The position numbers and the translations under genes were made by a program. From Eledone cirrhosa (lineage: Eukaryota): a stretch of DNA of 64,000 bases. Positions 40,678 to 53,994 of the stretch are shown in pieces (the first letter of the stretch is position 1; each line of letters begins with the position of its first letter). The DNA is taken from positions 14,260,001 to 14,324,000 of the forward strand of contig OZ024746.1 in the NCBI GenBank assembly GCA_964016885.1. The letters run 5' to 3'. Below the pieces are notes generated by a model, which did no database searches, was not told the DNA's origin, and worked only from the letters and a program-made list of their open reading frames with translations.

Positions 40678-42870
40678 ATAATATAAAATAAAGAGAAATT
40701 GATTTTACATAGGATAAAGTCCGTTGTACAATTAATTCCGCCTAGTATACATTCATTCCATATATAGTTGTAAAGACAATTGTTGAAATGTGAACTTCAT
40801 ATAGTTAAAAAGTACAACTATTATATATATAGTACAGTACATCGACAAAATAACACCAGAGGGATATATGTGTCGGCATCAAACTAATCTATATAAAACA
40901 TCTGGAAGATAACATTTTTGAAGTGTGTAGAAAAGTCTTATATAGAAGAAAATCTTTGCCATTTGTTTGAAGTTGTAATATGTAAATAGCTATCGAGCGA
41001 ATCAGACTACATCAATAAACATTACAGTACCAGATATATGGATCCAAGAGGGTGATGTATACGTTATCACTCGACTTACTAGAAATGGCACTCAAATTAT
41101 ACCTTACTGTCATCAACGACGAGACAATAATGTTTTCATATTTAAAATAATATTTCATTGAATCAGCTAAAGATGTTTGTATAAGAACCAATTTTCATAC
41201 ATTTAATTTATGTGATAAGAAATAGAATTCATTCGTTGACGATACATTATTAATTATGTTAATTTATCATAGAAGTTATATTATATAGAAATACGACATT
41301 ATATGGAAGTTGTATTAATACTCAGTAAAAAAAAAGACGAAAATGAAGAAGGCCAACTTACTCCCTTGGCTGAACGGTATAATTCAGGTGCACCTCGCTA
41401 GATAGTGGCGAAAGGGTGGCAGTTGAGAACAGTCAGCAATACCCACTGTGTGGGGCTTCCTTCTCAGGTGGGATAGCCTCGTACCGATTTGATGGAGGGA
41501 ATCGCATTCCGGTAACTGAGAAGACAGGAGGTCTGAGTGACGTCCGGCACAGAAAAGAAATCAATCAATCATTGCTTGGTCATGTTCTGTTTCCTCTGTG
41601 TTGCAGATGACAACGTTTGGAAATATGGAAGATGTGATGAGGTTTGAATCGAAAACAATTTCGCAGAATGTGGCGTCTAGCATCAGTGACTTACACCACT
41701 CAAATGGGAAATGGTTTATATTGTCAGACCGTCTTCCACCACCGCAGTCGAGATGACAGGAGGGTAATTGGGACGAGAAACCAGCCGTGTAGATGCATTT
41801 TGTACTAATATTATTAAAGTTATAAGCAACGTGGTAAGGAAAACATCTATAGTGGCAACAAGAAAACTGGTGTAACCTAAACTCACACGACAGAGGCTCC
41901 ACAATGGCATTTGTGTGGATTGCAGTCACGAAGGTCAAAGTGCAAGGCAACATCGATGCGAGTGCACTCATCATCAAGAAGGATGCCAGTTGAAGAAAAC
42001 GGCACGGAAATGAACTAGGTTCTGCTGTTTGGTTACGAGATAGAACGAAGATAGATGAACGGTATTAGTTGTGGGAAGACACATCTCTCGTGTTCTGTTG
42101 AACTATGAACTACATTTGATGTCATCCTTGTTGCATTGGTATCGTTAACACAAACAGTTCTCGATCAACGTTAGGCTCGAAACTATTACAAAGAGCCTAA
42201 ACAGATAGACATATAATGCTAAAATAGATCAACTAAAAAGTGTATACTTTATCTAGAAGAAAAGCTTCAATACGCTTATGTTTCAAGAAAGGTTTTTATT
42301 TAAAGGAATCAAATTTCATCCTGTAATGAATATTATACTGAAAATCTTACCATATCTATTTTAAACGGCAATATTGTCTTTAAGCAATTCTATCTACTAA
42401 TGGATTATGCTATGTAATATTTCGATTACATCAATCAATTACCAATACGGAATTATTTCTATTTCATCATTGAAATGCACATCAGTATGAAATTGAGTTA
42501 CCCTTCTTTTGTGAAAGTACTTACATACCAGACGAAAAATAAAATGATCTTTTTGATATATACCATAGCACTCAGCATGGGTTGTTGTTAAAATATAGCC
42601 CAAATCTAGGTGAACTCTACTGACTGGATCATTACTTAGCTTTCATTCTCATACATATATGATCATATATGTTCGCCCCCATGTGCAAGTGCAATCAATA
42701 GAGCATTTACTGCGCAATAGTGAAGAAAAATCGATTCAACATTAAGTAATTCTGAGGAAGGGGGATTGAAAATATACTTGAAAATATATAGTAACTATCT
42801 ATCTATTTAAATGTCAGTTTATCTACCTATCTATTTGTCTATATTTCTTTATATATATATATATATGTGT

Positions 42871-43014
<144 letters not shown>

Positions 43015-43076
43015 TTGTAATTATATATATACATAAACATATATAGGTGCAGCTAGTTATCTACAGATATACGTTT

Positions 43077-43136
<60 letters not shown>

Positions 43137-43632
43137 TGCATTATGTATGTGAGTGTGTGTATAAACACGTACACATGTATATTGATATATATTCTTGAAA
43201 GAAACTTCTATAAAAAATATGTAAGTATACACGTTACGTTTGCTATATATATTATGTAATTTGTAACATAGAAATATTTATACTCTTTATGTAGCGGCAA
43301 ATTTTATAAAGATCTTATAAATACAGAACCGACATTTAATGTGTATTCATATACAGAGAACTGAAATACAGAATCACATTCACATAATTAAATCTATGAA
43401 CGGTAAAACTAAAAAAAAGAAAAATGTCATATTTAGTACGTTCATATTCAATGGAACTTGGCTGACACTTCCTTCTTCTCATTCTCATTTTCTCCCTTTA
43501 TGTGTATATATATATATGTGTGTGTGTATATATATGTGTGTGTGTGTATGTGTGTGTGTGTGTGTGTGTGTGCATGTGTGTGTTTCATCTTTTTGTAGCC
43601 TACTTGGGTACTAGATTTTATACGTCACTCTT

Positions 43633-43777
<145 letters not shown>

Positions 43778-43844
43778 CTGTGTTATTTGCTTTGTTATTT
43801 CTGTTTGCCTTTTGCATACATACACACACACACATATACATGCA

Positions 43845-44490
43845 TACATGCATACATACATACATACATACATACATACATACATACATACATACATGGT
43901 GGCTGCCAACTCGTTTTAGAGTACGGCCACTACTTTATATCCATGTAGGAGAACCCCTACCGATGCGATGAACGAGTGTGACTTTTTAGTCCAGCCAGCG
44001 ACTTGAAAACTCTGATACAAACACTACACTTGTGACAATTATTGACACATAGTGCTGGGCCATGGTACCATGTGATGACAAGTGCAGAGAGATCTCCAGA
44101 TATAAAACAATGCCTGTGCCGTGAAGCTTTTATAGTGAGCAAAGGCACTGCACAAAGCCAGTCCCACTCTCTTAACCAAGATGATATTTACCAAAAAGAA
44201 GAACAAGTCAACATCATTGGATACCATCAGGGTTGCAGGTGTTATATCAGAGTTTTCCTTCTCCTAGAATTCTGCCTTGACAAAGGCTAAGGGGTCATCT
44301 CTCCCGGTGATTTTGGATGGCCATTGACTCTTAAGAGGTCCTTTGCCCTTTGACAGGTTTTATTTTTAGTCCTGCAGGATGTCCAAAGTCACCCTCCTCA
44401 CCAAGAAACCTTGGTGGGGTTGCCAGTTTAGTCGCCAACGACCCGACCATGAGACAGGTTGTACTGGGATACATGTTACCAGTAGCACCA
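43845..44490 (-). mobile_element. Non-autonomous RTE-derived element (LINE 5'-like part plus 3' end) with (ATGT)n tail
   Basis: C-terminal zinc finger HKCSVCIRVFKSLAGLKSHTRSSHR*, then ggccgtactc.aaaacgagttggcagccacc(atgt)n, which resembles the LINE tails at ~57985-58025 and ~58390-58430. The internal part is homologous to 58170-58348. Confidence 0.7.
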
Positions 44491-44526
44491 TACATACATA
44501 CATACATACATACATACATACATACA

Positions 44527-44597
<71 letters not shown>

Positions 44598-45065
44598 CGT
44601 AGGAGAATAGAAAATACAACATAGTAGACGAACAAGCGACGTCTATAATGTATAATAATTGTCAGCCGCCCACTAGGGTAGATATTTGCGATGTCGTACA
44701 ATTAAGGGTGTAATCACTTGCTAACTTCATAATTTACAATGGTTAGAAAAATAAAAAAAGACAGTCTCTAGGAAAGATGTAAGCCAAACAGTACAACTAC
44801 AACGTAATCATAAACGTACAAAAATTATAATCAAAATTATTGTAAAATCAGCAAAGCAACACAATGAAGACTAGAATAAAAAGTTATTGAACACCTGTGA
44901 TGGTTTTCTGATTATATCAAAACTTAGACAAGGAAACTAAGAGACAAAACTCGAATATGGGTACAAGGAAAGTGGGTAAACGAGTATCACTGAAAAGAAT
45001 TATCATTTTCTTCGAAAACGATGCTGAAATAGAGTTCAGATGAAGGATTTTTCTTAAAAACACAC

Positions 45066-45456
<391 letters not shown>

Positions 45457-45771
45457 TAAACTTCTTATTGTGTGCTCCTCCCATTACTTAATATACCTGG
45501 CTCCCTACTTCTAGATATTAGTTATTGCTCTCCCTATAAACCTCGTTTCCGGTCTTTCCAAGTACGTCTAGTAACTTCTATGACCCTATCTACATTATCA
45601 TTTCGCCTATATATATGTAAATATAATCTGTGAATGTGTGTGAGGGGGTGGTGCTTAAAGGTACACGTGTCTGTGGAATGGTCAGTTACTTGTCTATTAA
45701 TTTCACGAGCTGGTTGTTCCCTTGGCTAAACAATTAAAACTGTCATTGTCGAATGTGACGGAGATCCAATG

Positions 45772-45809
<38 letters not shown>

Positions 45810-45839
45810 TATATACATATATATATGTGTGTGTATATA

Positions 45840-45883
<44 letters not shown>

Positions 45884-45890
45884 TATATAC

Positions 45891-45927
<37 letters not shown>

Positions 45928-45961
45928 TGTGTATATATATATGTATATATATATATATGTG

Positions 45962-46075
<114 letters not shown>

Positions 46076-47804
46076 CTTGTGTCTTGTGTGTGTGTCTTGG
46101 TGTGCTATTTTACTCAAGTTACAGATTATCTCGTATACATTAAGTAAATACAAAACATTGTAATATTTTATTTAGACTGGTTGTACAAAGAAATTATTTG
46201 TTTTGATCTAGCGTTTCAAGTTGATACAAGTTGTCAGAAGAGAATTGACAGTCAAGCGAAAGGTTGCCTCAGAGATGTCATATCTTTATGATAAATGTTC
46301 TTCTGAAATATCATGGAAACTTTAAAAACCCTGTAGGCTGTAAACTTTTATCTTCAACTTTCTTCAACAACAATCATCAAACTTCATTTCTTTTATTTGT
46401 TCTCATATTTTCCATACATAATTATAGTTTCTAAAACTTTTCCTGGCTGTGAATATTAGTAATTGACTTCTTGTCTGAATTTAGTGTGTTCTATTGTTAT
46501 ACTTTATGCGAGACCTAATTTAGTAGACCTCTGTTATTTTGACAGTGATCATCGTGTCATGTTTTTGGAAGGCAGGCTACCAGAGAGTGCAGTGGACTCA
46601 GAACCACGTTATTCATTCTCTGGAGATCTTTTCTAAAATGGTACTATGATTTTGAGGTACAGATGATTGCTATTTCTAGCTGGTCGAGTGACCACTTTAT
46701 GGCATCCTTACTGGTTCACGATAATTATTGTGTAAGCGACGTCTTATTTCTTAGAGATTCATGGTACTTGCATGAAACACAACCATTCTACTTGTACTAA
46801 TTTATATTGCTTATGTATTTCCATACATAATTCTCTGTGGAATACTTTAAATAAAACTTTTGCAGTTAGGATGAGATCGGTTGTAATCAAATATTTACAA
46901 CTTTAATACAAATTGGCGCCAGATCTACCAAAGCCCACTTGAGTTTCGGCTTACTTTACCTACAGTACACTATAATTAAATACCTCCATGGCTTTACAGT
47001 TCCGATTCCTTTAATACGTTCCTTGAAATATAAGTATAAATGCCAAACTGAGAGAATTTGCCAATAGATTACAATCTTTTATTGACCGTAAAAGCGCTTT
47101 TTAACTATCTGAGCCTTGGGGCATTTCTCCCTCTAATATTAGGCTGTCATGTTTAGATTAAGCAATTTTCTCAACTCACTTTAAGTGCATTTCGTTGAAT
47201 GGTTATTGCTGAATTCACCTTAAATAATTCGACATTGATATAGCACAATTATGTTATGGACGTCTTTGAATGCCATCCTCATTAAAGATATAAAGAAATA
47301 TTGGTTCTGTACAGTTTCTCTTTGTATATCCTTAACGAAATTCACTCATAATAATCAACACATGTACAAGTGCCGAGTGAGTAATAAGTTATGTCTTGTT
47401 CTGTCACTTTCAGGTTTCAAAACATTACAAAAAGAATTCCTGAAAGTTAAGCGGCAGTACATTTGTCAGTACAATAAATGAAATAGTAGGGGAAAATAAC
47501 TAATAACATGGTCAGGCTGAAAAGTAATTAAGATCGGTGCCAACACACTTAAAATAGTGAGACAATAAATTTTTATTAATTACAATTACACGCATGATAG
47601 AGAGAATGACCATTACTGATCAATGAAAACAGATGATGTAATCTAAAAGATAAGTAGTCATTGAAATTAATCAAAAGTATAATGAAGTGGGGACCCAGTA
47701 AAAGTTCCGGCCCATATTTCAGTTTTATGTACCAGTTTTTACCAATAAAAGTGTATGTTCACACCCACACACGCACACATACATACATATACATATATAT
47801 ATAG

Positions 47805-48044
47805 ACGGGACGCCGCCTGGCGGACCGAGTCACGGAGCACCTCCGGGACATTCGTCTCGGGGGCAGTTCCCCCATCGCCCGCCACTTTGGTGGCCCTGGA
47901 CACTCCGCACGCCATCTCACAGTCTGTGGCCTACTCCAGTGCCACGGAACACCTGCCCATCGCCTTACGGTCGAACAACGTACTATCTTCATCTTACAGA
48001 CCCACACTCCCCCCGGCCTGAACTCCCCTCCCTTCAACCTTTAG
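47805..48044 (+). pseudogene. PLE GIY-YIG endonuclease C-terminal half (open frame lacking ATG; not in the ORF track)
   Basis: My translation: TGRRLADRVTEHLRDIRLGGSSPIARHFGGPGHSARHLTVCGLLQCHGTPAHRLTVEQRTIFILQTHTPPGLNSPPFNL*. This matches the Neptune-type R..EH...P.ARHF...H...EQ..IF.L.T..P.GLN pattern. Confidence 0.9.
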
Positions 48045-48431
48045 CGTTCGACCGCCCCCCTCCCCCCACTTATCCCCCACTAACACCACTAACACACCCC
48101 TCCTTTTCACCGCCCACCCCACACTAACAATACTAACACCTCCACTCCACTCCTCATCTGACCACCCTTCCCCAACTAACATCACTAACACCCTCCAACC
48201 CCACGCACACGTACCCACACACCCTCGTACACCACCAACTCTACACACCCTACCCCCACTAACCCCCACTCACACCTGCATTCCACCCCTCCCCACCTCC
48301 CGTATACTAACACCCACTAACACCTCCTCACCAAACTACACACACACCAGTACACCACACTCCCTCCATAGAAGCACACACACCCTTCTCTCCCCACTCC
48401 ACACTCACTCATCCCACTAACACCCCTACTA

Positions 48432-48466
<35 letters not shown>

Positions 48467-49297
48467 CCTCACTCCAACTCTCACACCTACCCATCCTCGC
48501 CTCCCTACCATTCCGCCGACTGCTGCTATGCCCTTCCGACCACTGTCTCAGCACCAACTGACCACAGCACTTCCACTGCTGTCCACTTCCTGTTGCGCGC
48601 GCACCCCACATCTCTCCTCTTCCGACCACCGCTTCTTGGATTACCCACACGCGTTTTGACTTCCAACCAAAATCTCCATACATCCGTGTAACTTACCACT
48701 TTCAACCATCCTCTTACACCATCACCTATATAACTCACCCACACACACACCCCAAAACAATTTTTTTATCCACACGCCACCCACACCCACAACACGCTTA
48801 AGCCACACACACGTGCTTCCCACCACATATTTACACCCTCAGCCCCCTGATTCCTCTCCCCCCACCCCCCTATCCACACACGCACAGACCCTCCGACCCA
48901 CAAAAACACCCCCCCACACACACCTTCCTGAACATGCAACCCCGTTCTTCCCCCAACCCTCACTTTCACATACACACACACACACACACACGCACACCTA
49001 ACCACACACACCACCTTCAGCCCTCCCCGCTCGGACACCCCGTCTCCCTTCCCCACTCCACCCGCCACCACCTCTACTCACCCCACACCCTTCCACCACA
49101 TGTTTACCCCCCTTTTAATTTCAGTTTATTTTGATCATGCCTTTATTTTTAAATTTTCTCATTCCTTGTATTTTGATCATGCTTTATTTTTATTTATTAT
49201 TTATTATATTTTTGTCTTTATTTGTTAATTTTTCATTCGCACCGTTTCCTTTCGCTATATGTCTCTCCACCACTCCCCTACACACCTTTTGAACTCT

Positions 49298-49331
49298 CAC
49301 CTGAAGAAGGGGTTATGCCCGAAACGTCGTC
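49298..49331 (+). ncRNA. Minimal hammerhead ribozyme
   Basis: cac-CTGAAGA-a ggg gttatg ccc-GAAA-cg-TC-gtc. Stem I is only 2-3 bp. Confidence 0.75.
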
Positions 49332-49416
49332 CCCCACCTACCCCCCACTCTCCTGAGCGTGAATTTAATAAACATTTATCGTACTGCCTCTCTGTTCTGT
49401 CCCTGTTCAATTTTTC

Positions 49417-49457
<41 letters not shown>

Positions 49458-49459
<2 letters not shown>

Positions 49460-49634
49460 CGAAGGAAATGTGGTAAGGAACCAAGTGGACCATAACGCAC
49501 CAAAGTACTCAATACTTAGGGTAGTAGAGTGGGTAATAGGAACGAGTAGGACCCCGACGGCTAATTCTGGACTAAACTAGTCCAGAATTAGCCGTCGAAA
49601 CGGCTTGAGCTCAGCCGTCGGGGTCCTACTCGTT

Positions 49635-49638
<4 letters not shown>
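49458..49638. mobile_element. Miniature fold-back pLTR with partial HHR between (AT)n; relatives at 51656-51788, 53588-53722 and 37505-37534
   Basis: A 19-bp perfect hairpin (49556-49596) is followed by GAAA-cggct tgagctc agccg-TC-ggggtcc, but CTGANGA is absent. The outer inverted arms are taggaacgagtaggaccccgacggct. Confidence 0.75.
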
Positions 49639-49701
<63 letters not shown>

Positions 49702-49750
49702 TAATAATAGATGCGAAGACTAAAATCCGAAGAGGGCCCGATAAGGATTA

Positions 49751-49787
<37 letters not shown>

Positions 49788-50595
49788 CGTTCAAAAGAAG
49801 TGGCATACACGATCGTGCTTAACCTATTGGCTATCATTGCTATAATTTCAAATTTCACGCTATACTAGAATTCACACTGTCTTCCATTCCCTCGGGACTT
49901 AAAATACGTACCATTGATGGTCTAGTAAAGGAAATAAATTTAATTTCAGATTTCCTTGGATCAATTTCTGTATGCATCGCAAAGAAAATAATGGCGACTG
50001 CTAGAGCACATCATTTGAATTAGAGTACCAAACCCTTTCTAATCACAACTCTAATTTATTTTGCATTAATAGAATAAAAAGATGAAATGCTTCGTTATGT
50101 AAATATACGTAGTATTCATCTAGATTAAGATGTGGTATAATTTTATGTACAGGATGTAATGCTAGTAAGAAGATAATTAGCGTCTCATCGGCTCTGTTTG
50201 GCAATCTTTCCTGTAGAGAAGTTGCACGAACTCGAATTATTAATACATGAACATTTTGCCATCTTTACGTAAGTAGACGAAGGTATATTCGTCTTCACCA
50301 TAGTTTAGTTGTATTAGTAACAGTATTGTATACTTGCTGATATTCTTCTCAGCATACAAGTAATTTATAATGCATGGTTTAAATAATGTTAGTAACTTTA
50401 AAATGGCCGGCGTCTTCACCTCCATATTAACTTATCCGTATTGTTACTGCATACATAGAAATTCAATTGATTGAAGATAGCTGTTCTGTTCACTCTGAGT
50501 TTATCATGGGATAGTGCAGCACGTAATCAGAATCAGAAACCAACGCCGTTAGAAATAAAGAATTGAATAGTTGCGGAGAGTTTGGTCTAAATATT

Positions 50596-50741
50596 TGTTT
50601 CTACTTTAGGCACAAGGCCAGCAATAACCCAGTTCATTACTGGTACTTTATTTTATCGACCCCGTAAGGATGAAAGGCAAAGTCAACCTCGGCGGGATTT
50701 GAACTCAGATCGCAAAGGGACGTAACTATGCTGGAAAGCAT
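50596..50741 (-). mobile_element. 5'-truncated tRNA-SINE
   Basis: Family tail, core and B box. Confidence 0.9.
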
Positions 50742-51152
50742 ATAGTACTGAAATAGTTTCTCTAGCATCTAATGTTGATATTGCTATAAGGGGTTGCAAC
50801 ATTTGAAAGTTAAATACTTTCATGATGGTCAAATAGTAACAGTGATAGATTACAAAATCCCAACCACATGGGTGCAGTATTTTGTCATCAGTACTCCCAT
50901 ATAATATTGATTAATATATACATAAAGACAATTCTACTGAGTATACATATATCTATCTACACACACCCACATATATCTATATATAATATATATGCATATA
51001 CATACATATATATATATGTGTGTGTGTGGGTGTGTATGTATGTATTTATGTATGTATGCATGTATGTAAAAGGTAAACAGAAATAACAACACAATCGGTA
51101 CAGTATATGGAAGGGATATATTAGGTTAATGTGTGATATAGCAGGAAGAGGG

Positions 51153-51188
51153 TCTTAACGTTTCGGACGTTAGTCCTTCATCAGAAGA
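51153..51188 (-). ncRNA. Minimal type I hammerhead ribozyme (36 nt)
   Basis: Reverse complement reads tctt-CTGATGA-a ggac taac gtcc-GAAA-cg-TT-aaga. Decayed relatives lie at ~16245-16282 (plus) and ~55226-55262 (minus). Confidence 0.85.
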
Positions 51189-51278
51189 AAGAATGAGAAA
51201 TAAGATAGATTGAGGGGACGAGTGGGTTGGAATTGGAAAAAATGTCTTAAGATAAAAATAACAGGTCCATTCATCTTG

Positions 51279-51356
<78 letters not shown>

Positions 51357-51392
51357 AGGGGCATATATGAGTGTGTGTATGTGCATACAATC

Positions 51393-51562
51393 CAACCACT
51401 TTTCATCACTGGTTATTATTCTGCCCAGAAAGAGGCCATTAGCAACTCTCCTCTTTAATGAAGAACAAAGGGTAATTATTTGATCGAGCTGGGTACCAGT
51501 CAGATTATGTCGCACTCACTGGCCAAGTTTAGACACCTTCCCCAGTTCGTGCAGTTTTCTTA

Positions 51563-51563
<1 letters not shown>
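51393..51563 (-). mobile_element. Mariner transposase fragment
   Basis: LRKLHELGKVSKLGQ*VRHNLT...LCSSLKRR..NGLFLGRIITSDEKWL corresponds to the WVPHEL motif and the first catalytic TxDEKW of mariner transposases. Confidence 0.85.
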
Positions 51564-51656
<93 letters not shown>

Positions 51657-51784
51657 CGAAGGAAATGTGGTAAGGAACCAGGTGGACCATAACGCACGAA
51701 AGTACTCAATACTTAGGGTAGTAGAGTGGGTCCAGAATTAGCCGTCGAAACGGCTTGAGCTCCGCCGTCGGGGTCCTATTCGTT

Positions 51785-51856
<72 letters not shown>

Positions 51857-52099
51857 ATATATGTAGATAAATCTACCAAAAGTTTACGGTAGTGTCCAAT
51901 CCGTATGAAGAACTCAATGTAATCCAGATATCATGAAAAGAGAAGATGCATTCAAAAAGTACTTTCGGTGAAAAATAAACGGAAAACAGAGTCAAGATAA
52001 ATTAATAAAATAATGAATAAACAAAGAAACAGTTCCTTATATTAAAAAAATGTTTAATATAAGGAACTGTTTCTTTGTTTATTCATTATTTTATTAATT

Positions 52100-52131
<32 letters not shown>

Positions 52132-52177
52132 TAAACAAATAATGAATAAACAATTCCTTATATTAAACAAAAAAAGT

Positions 52178-52330
52178 TCATTATTTAACGATCGTTTCTA
52201 GGGTATATATGTGTTATAATTGGTATGCATATTCAACAGATCTATGTACAAAATTATACAAAATTATACAAATTATCAAGATTAAATATACATACCAAAC
52301 ACATATATACGCCGTCTTCAGAAATAATGA
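52178..52330 (-). ncRNA. Type I hammerhead ribozyme with ~115-nt extended stem II
   Basis: Reverse complement reads tcattattt-CTGAAGA-[gtatatatgtgt/acacatatatac; ttggtatgtatatt/aatatgcataccaa]-GAAA-cgatcg-TT-aaataatga, with a perfect 9-bp stem I. 51865-52050 matches 4985-5160 inverted, and there is a hairpin at ~52000-52100. Confidence 0.8.
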
Positions 52331-52589
52331 AGTATATTTATTGATAATAACAACAATTCAAAATTTCAGTTCAAAATTGACCAATGAAAACACAAAGGGT
52401 TAAATGCAGTTCGGTGTGTGTATATACATGTAAAACCCTTACACATATTTTACAAAAATGTATGTATAATTTGTATACGCATACTAAAAGGATGGATGCA
52501 AATACAAAATTTCAAGGTTAATATCTCTGTAAGCTTACAATGCGCAGATAAGATGCGCATTGATACTTATGGAGTATATATATATATAT

Positions 52590-52664
<75 letters not shown>

Positions 52665-52668
<4 letters not shown>

Positions 52669-53542
52669 ACATTAACAGAGAAAGCCTTAAGCTATACTCT
52701 GACTGGCTTCCATCTCACTCAACAAACATTAGGATATACCTTAGTATAATCACAATTTTACGTTTGGGGTGCTAACTATATGTATTTTGCGGAAAGCCAG
52801 TTGTATTATTTTATATGAGACATAATTAAAATTAAAATAGATCTCCCTTTCCAAACAATTGTTTCATTATAAGTGTTCTACAAGTTGGGAGAATGTGTCC
52901 GGGTTATGTAGAAGCCTGCACATCTTTCCGTAGGAACATATGCAGGTGGGCACTTATAAATCATCAGTGGATGCCCGTCAAACATCGATATAAGAAAAAC
53001 TCTCTTACCAATGTCAAATTTCATGTCAGCAATGGTCTCTCTCCGCATCATAATGACCGCCAAATTTGAAATTCCAGCAGTCTCAGACTGAGGAATCTCA
53101 CAGCGTCATGAAGCGGAAAAGGGAGGCAATCGCGAAACACAAGAAAGTAAAATAATTTACACGTGGGTAAATTAATTTTTTCAACAATTTTAACCCTGCG
53201 CGTGAAGAACTCAATTAGATTTTTAAAAAATAAATGTATGCATGTATTAATTATACACGCATATAGGTATTTTCTTAGGCTAAAAACAGATATGATACCA
53301 GAATAACGATAAATATTTCATAATAATTAAAAATACGGAAAGTTACGCTTAAAAGGTATCTGGAAATATTCATCTCAGGCCAAATCAAGAGTATAATATT
53401 CAATACATTAACAGAGAAAGCCTTAAGCTATACTCTGACTGGCTTCCATCTCACTCAACAAACATTAGGATATACCTTAGTATAATCCCAATTTTACGTT
53501 TGGGGTGCTAACTATATGTATTTTGCGGAAAGCCAGTTGTAT

Positions 53543-53552
<10 letters not shown>
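52665..53552. repeat. 152-bp direct repeats (52665-52816, 53401-53552) flanking 584 bp, bounded by (AT)n
   Basis: The two copies differ at one visible site (aatcacaa vs aatcccaa). Confidence 0.9.
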
Positions 53553-53591
<39 letters not shown>

Positions 53592-53771
53592 GAAGGAATT
53601 GTGGTAAGTGACCAATTGGACCATTACGTACCAAAGTATTCGATACTGGGTAGTAGAATAGGAAAAGAGTCAGGACCCCGACGGCTGAGCTCCGGTCGTT
53701 TCCACAGCTAGCTGTTTTCCTATATATATATATATATATATAGTATATTTAATATAGTATATTTAATAAGA

Positions 53772-53994
53772 TGGTTTCTAATTTAGGTACAAACCCAACT
53801 GTTTACGGTGGTGGTGGGGTGGGGTGGGGGTAAATCAACTCTAGTGTATTACTGGTACTTTACTTTATCGACCCCGTAAGGATGAAAAGTAAAGGTGACC
53901 TCGCAGAGATTGGAACTCAGAACGTATATGGACGTATCTATATATTGCAAAGCATATTTTTCCAACGCTTTTACTATACTACGAATTCATCGCC
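53772..53994 (-). mobile_element. Diverged tRNA-SINE
   Basis: The core actggtactttactttatcgaccccgtaaggatgaaa and a degenerate head are present. Confidence 0.75.

Larger units (their letters stand above)
47805..49420 (+). mobile_element. 5'-truncated Neptune-type PLE: GIY-YIG end, ~1.1-kb C/A-rich 3' UTR, HHR and poly(A) signal, between (AT)n tracts
   Basis: See the ORF and HHR features within it. AATAAA lies at ~49367 and (AT) repeats occur at both junctions. Confidence 0.85.

Noticed and set aside
52915-52975. Minus-strand CTGATGA...GAAA inside the direct-repeat unit
   Set aside because: The GAAA lies within an alternative hairpin (cctgcatat/atgtgcagg), so no hammerhead three-way junction forms.
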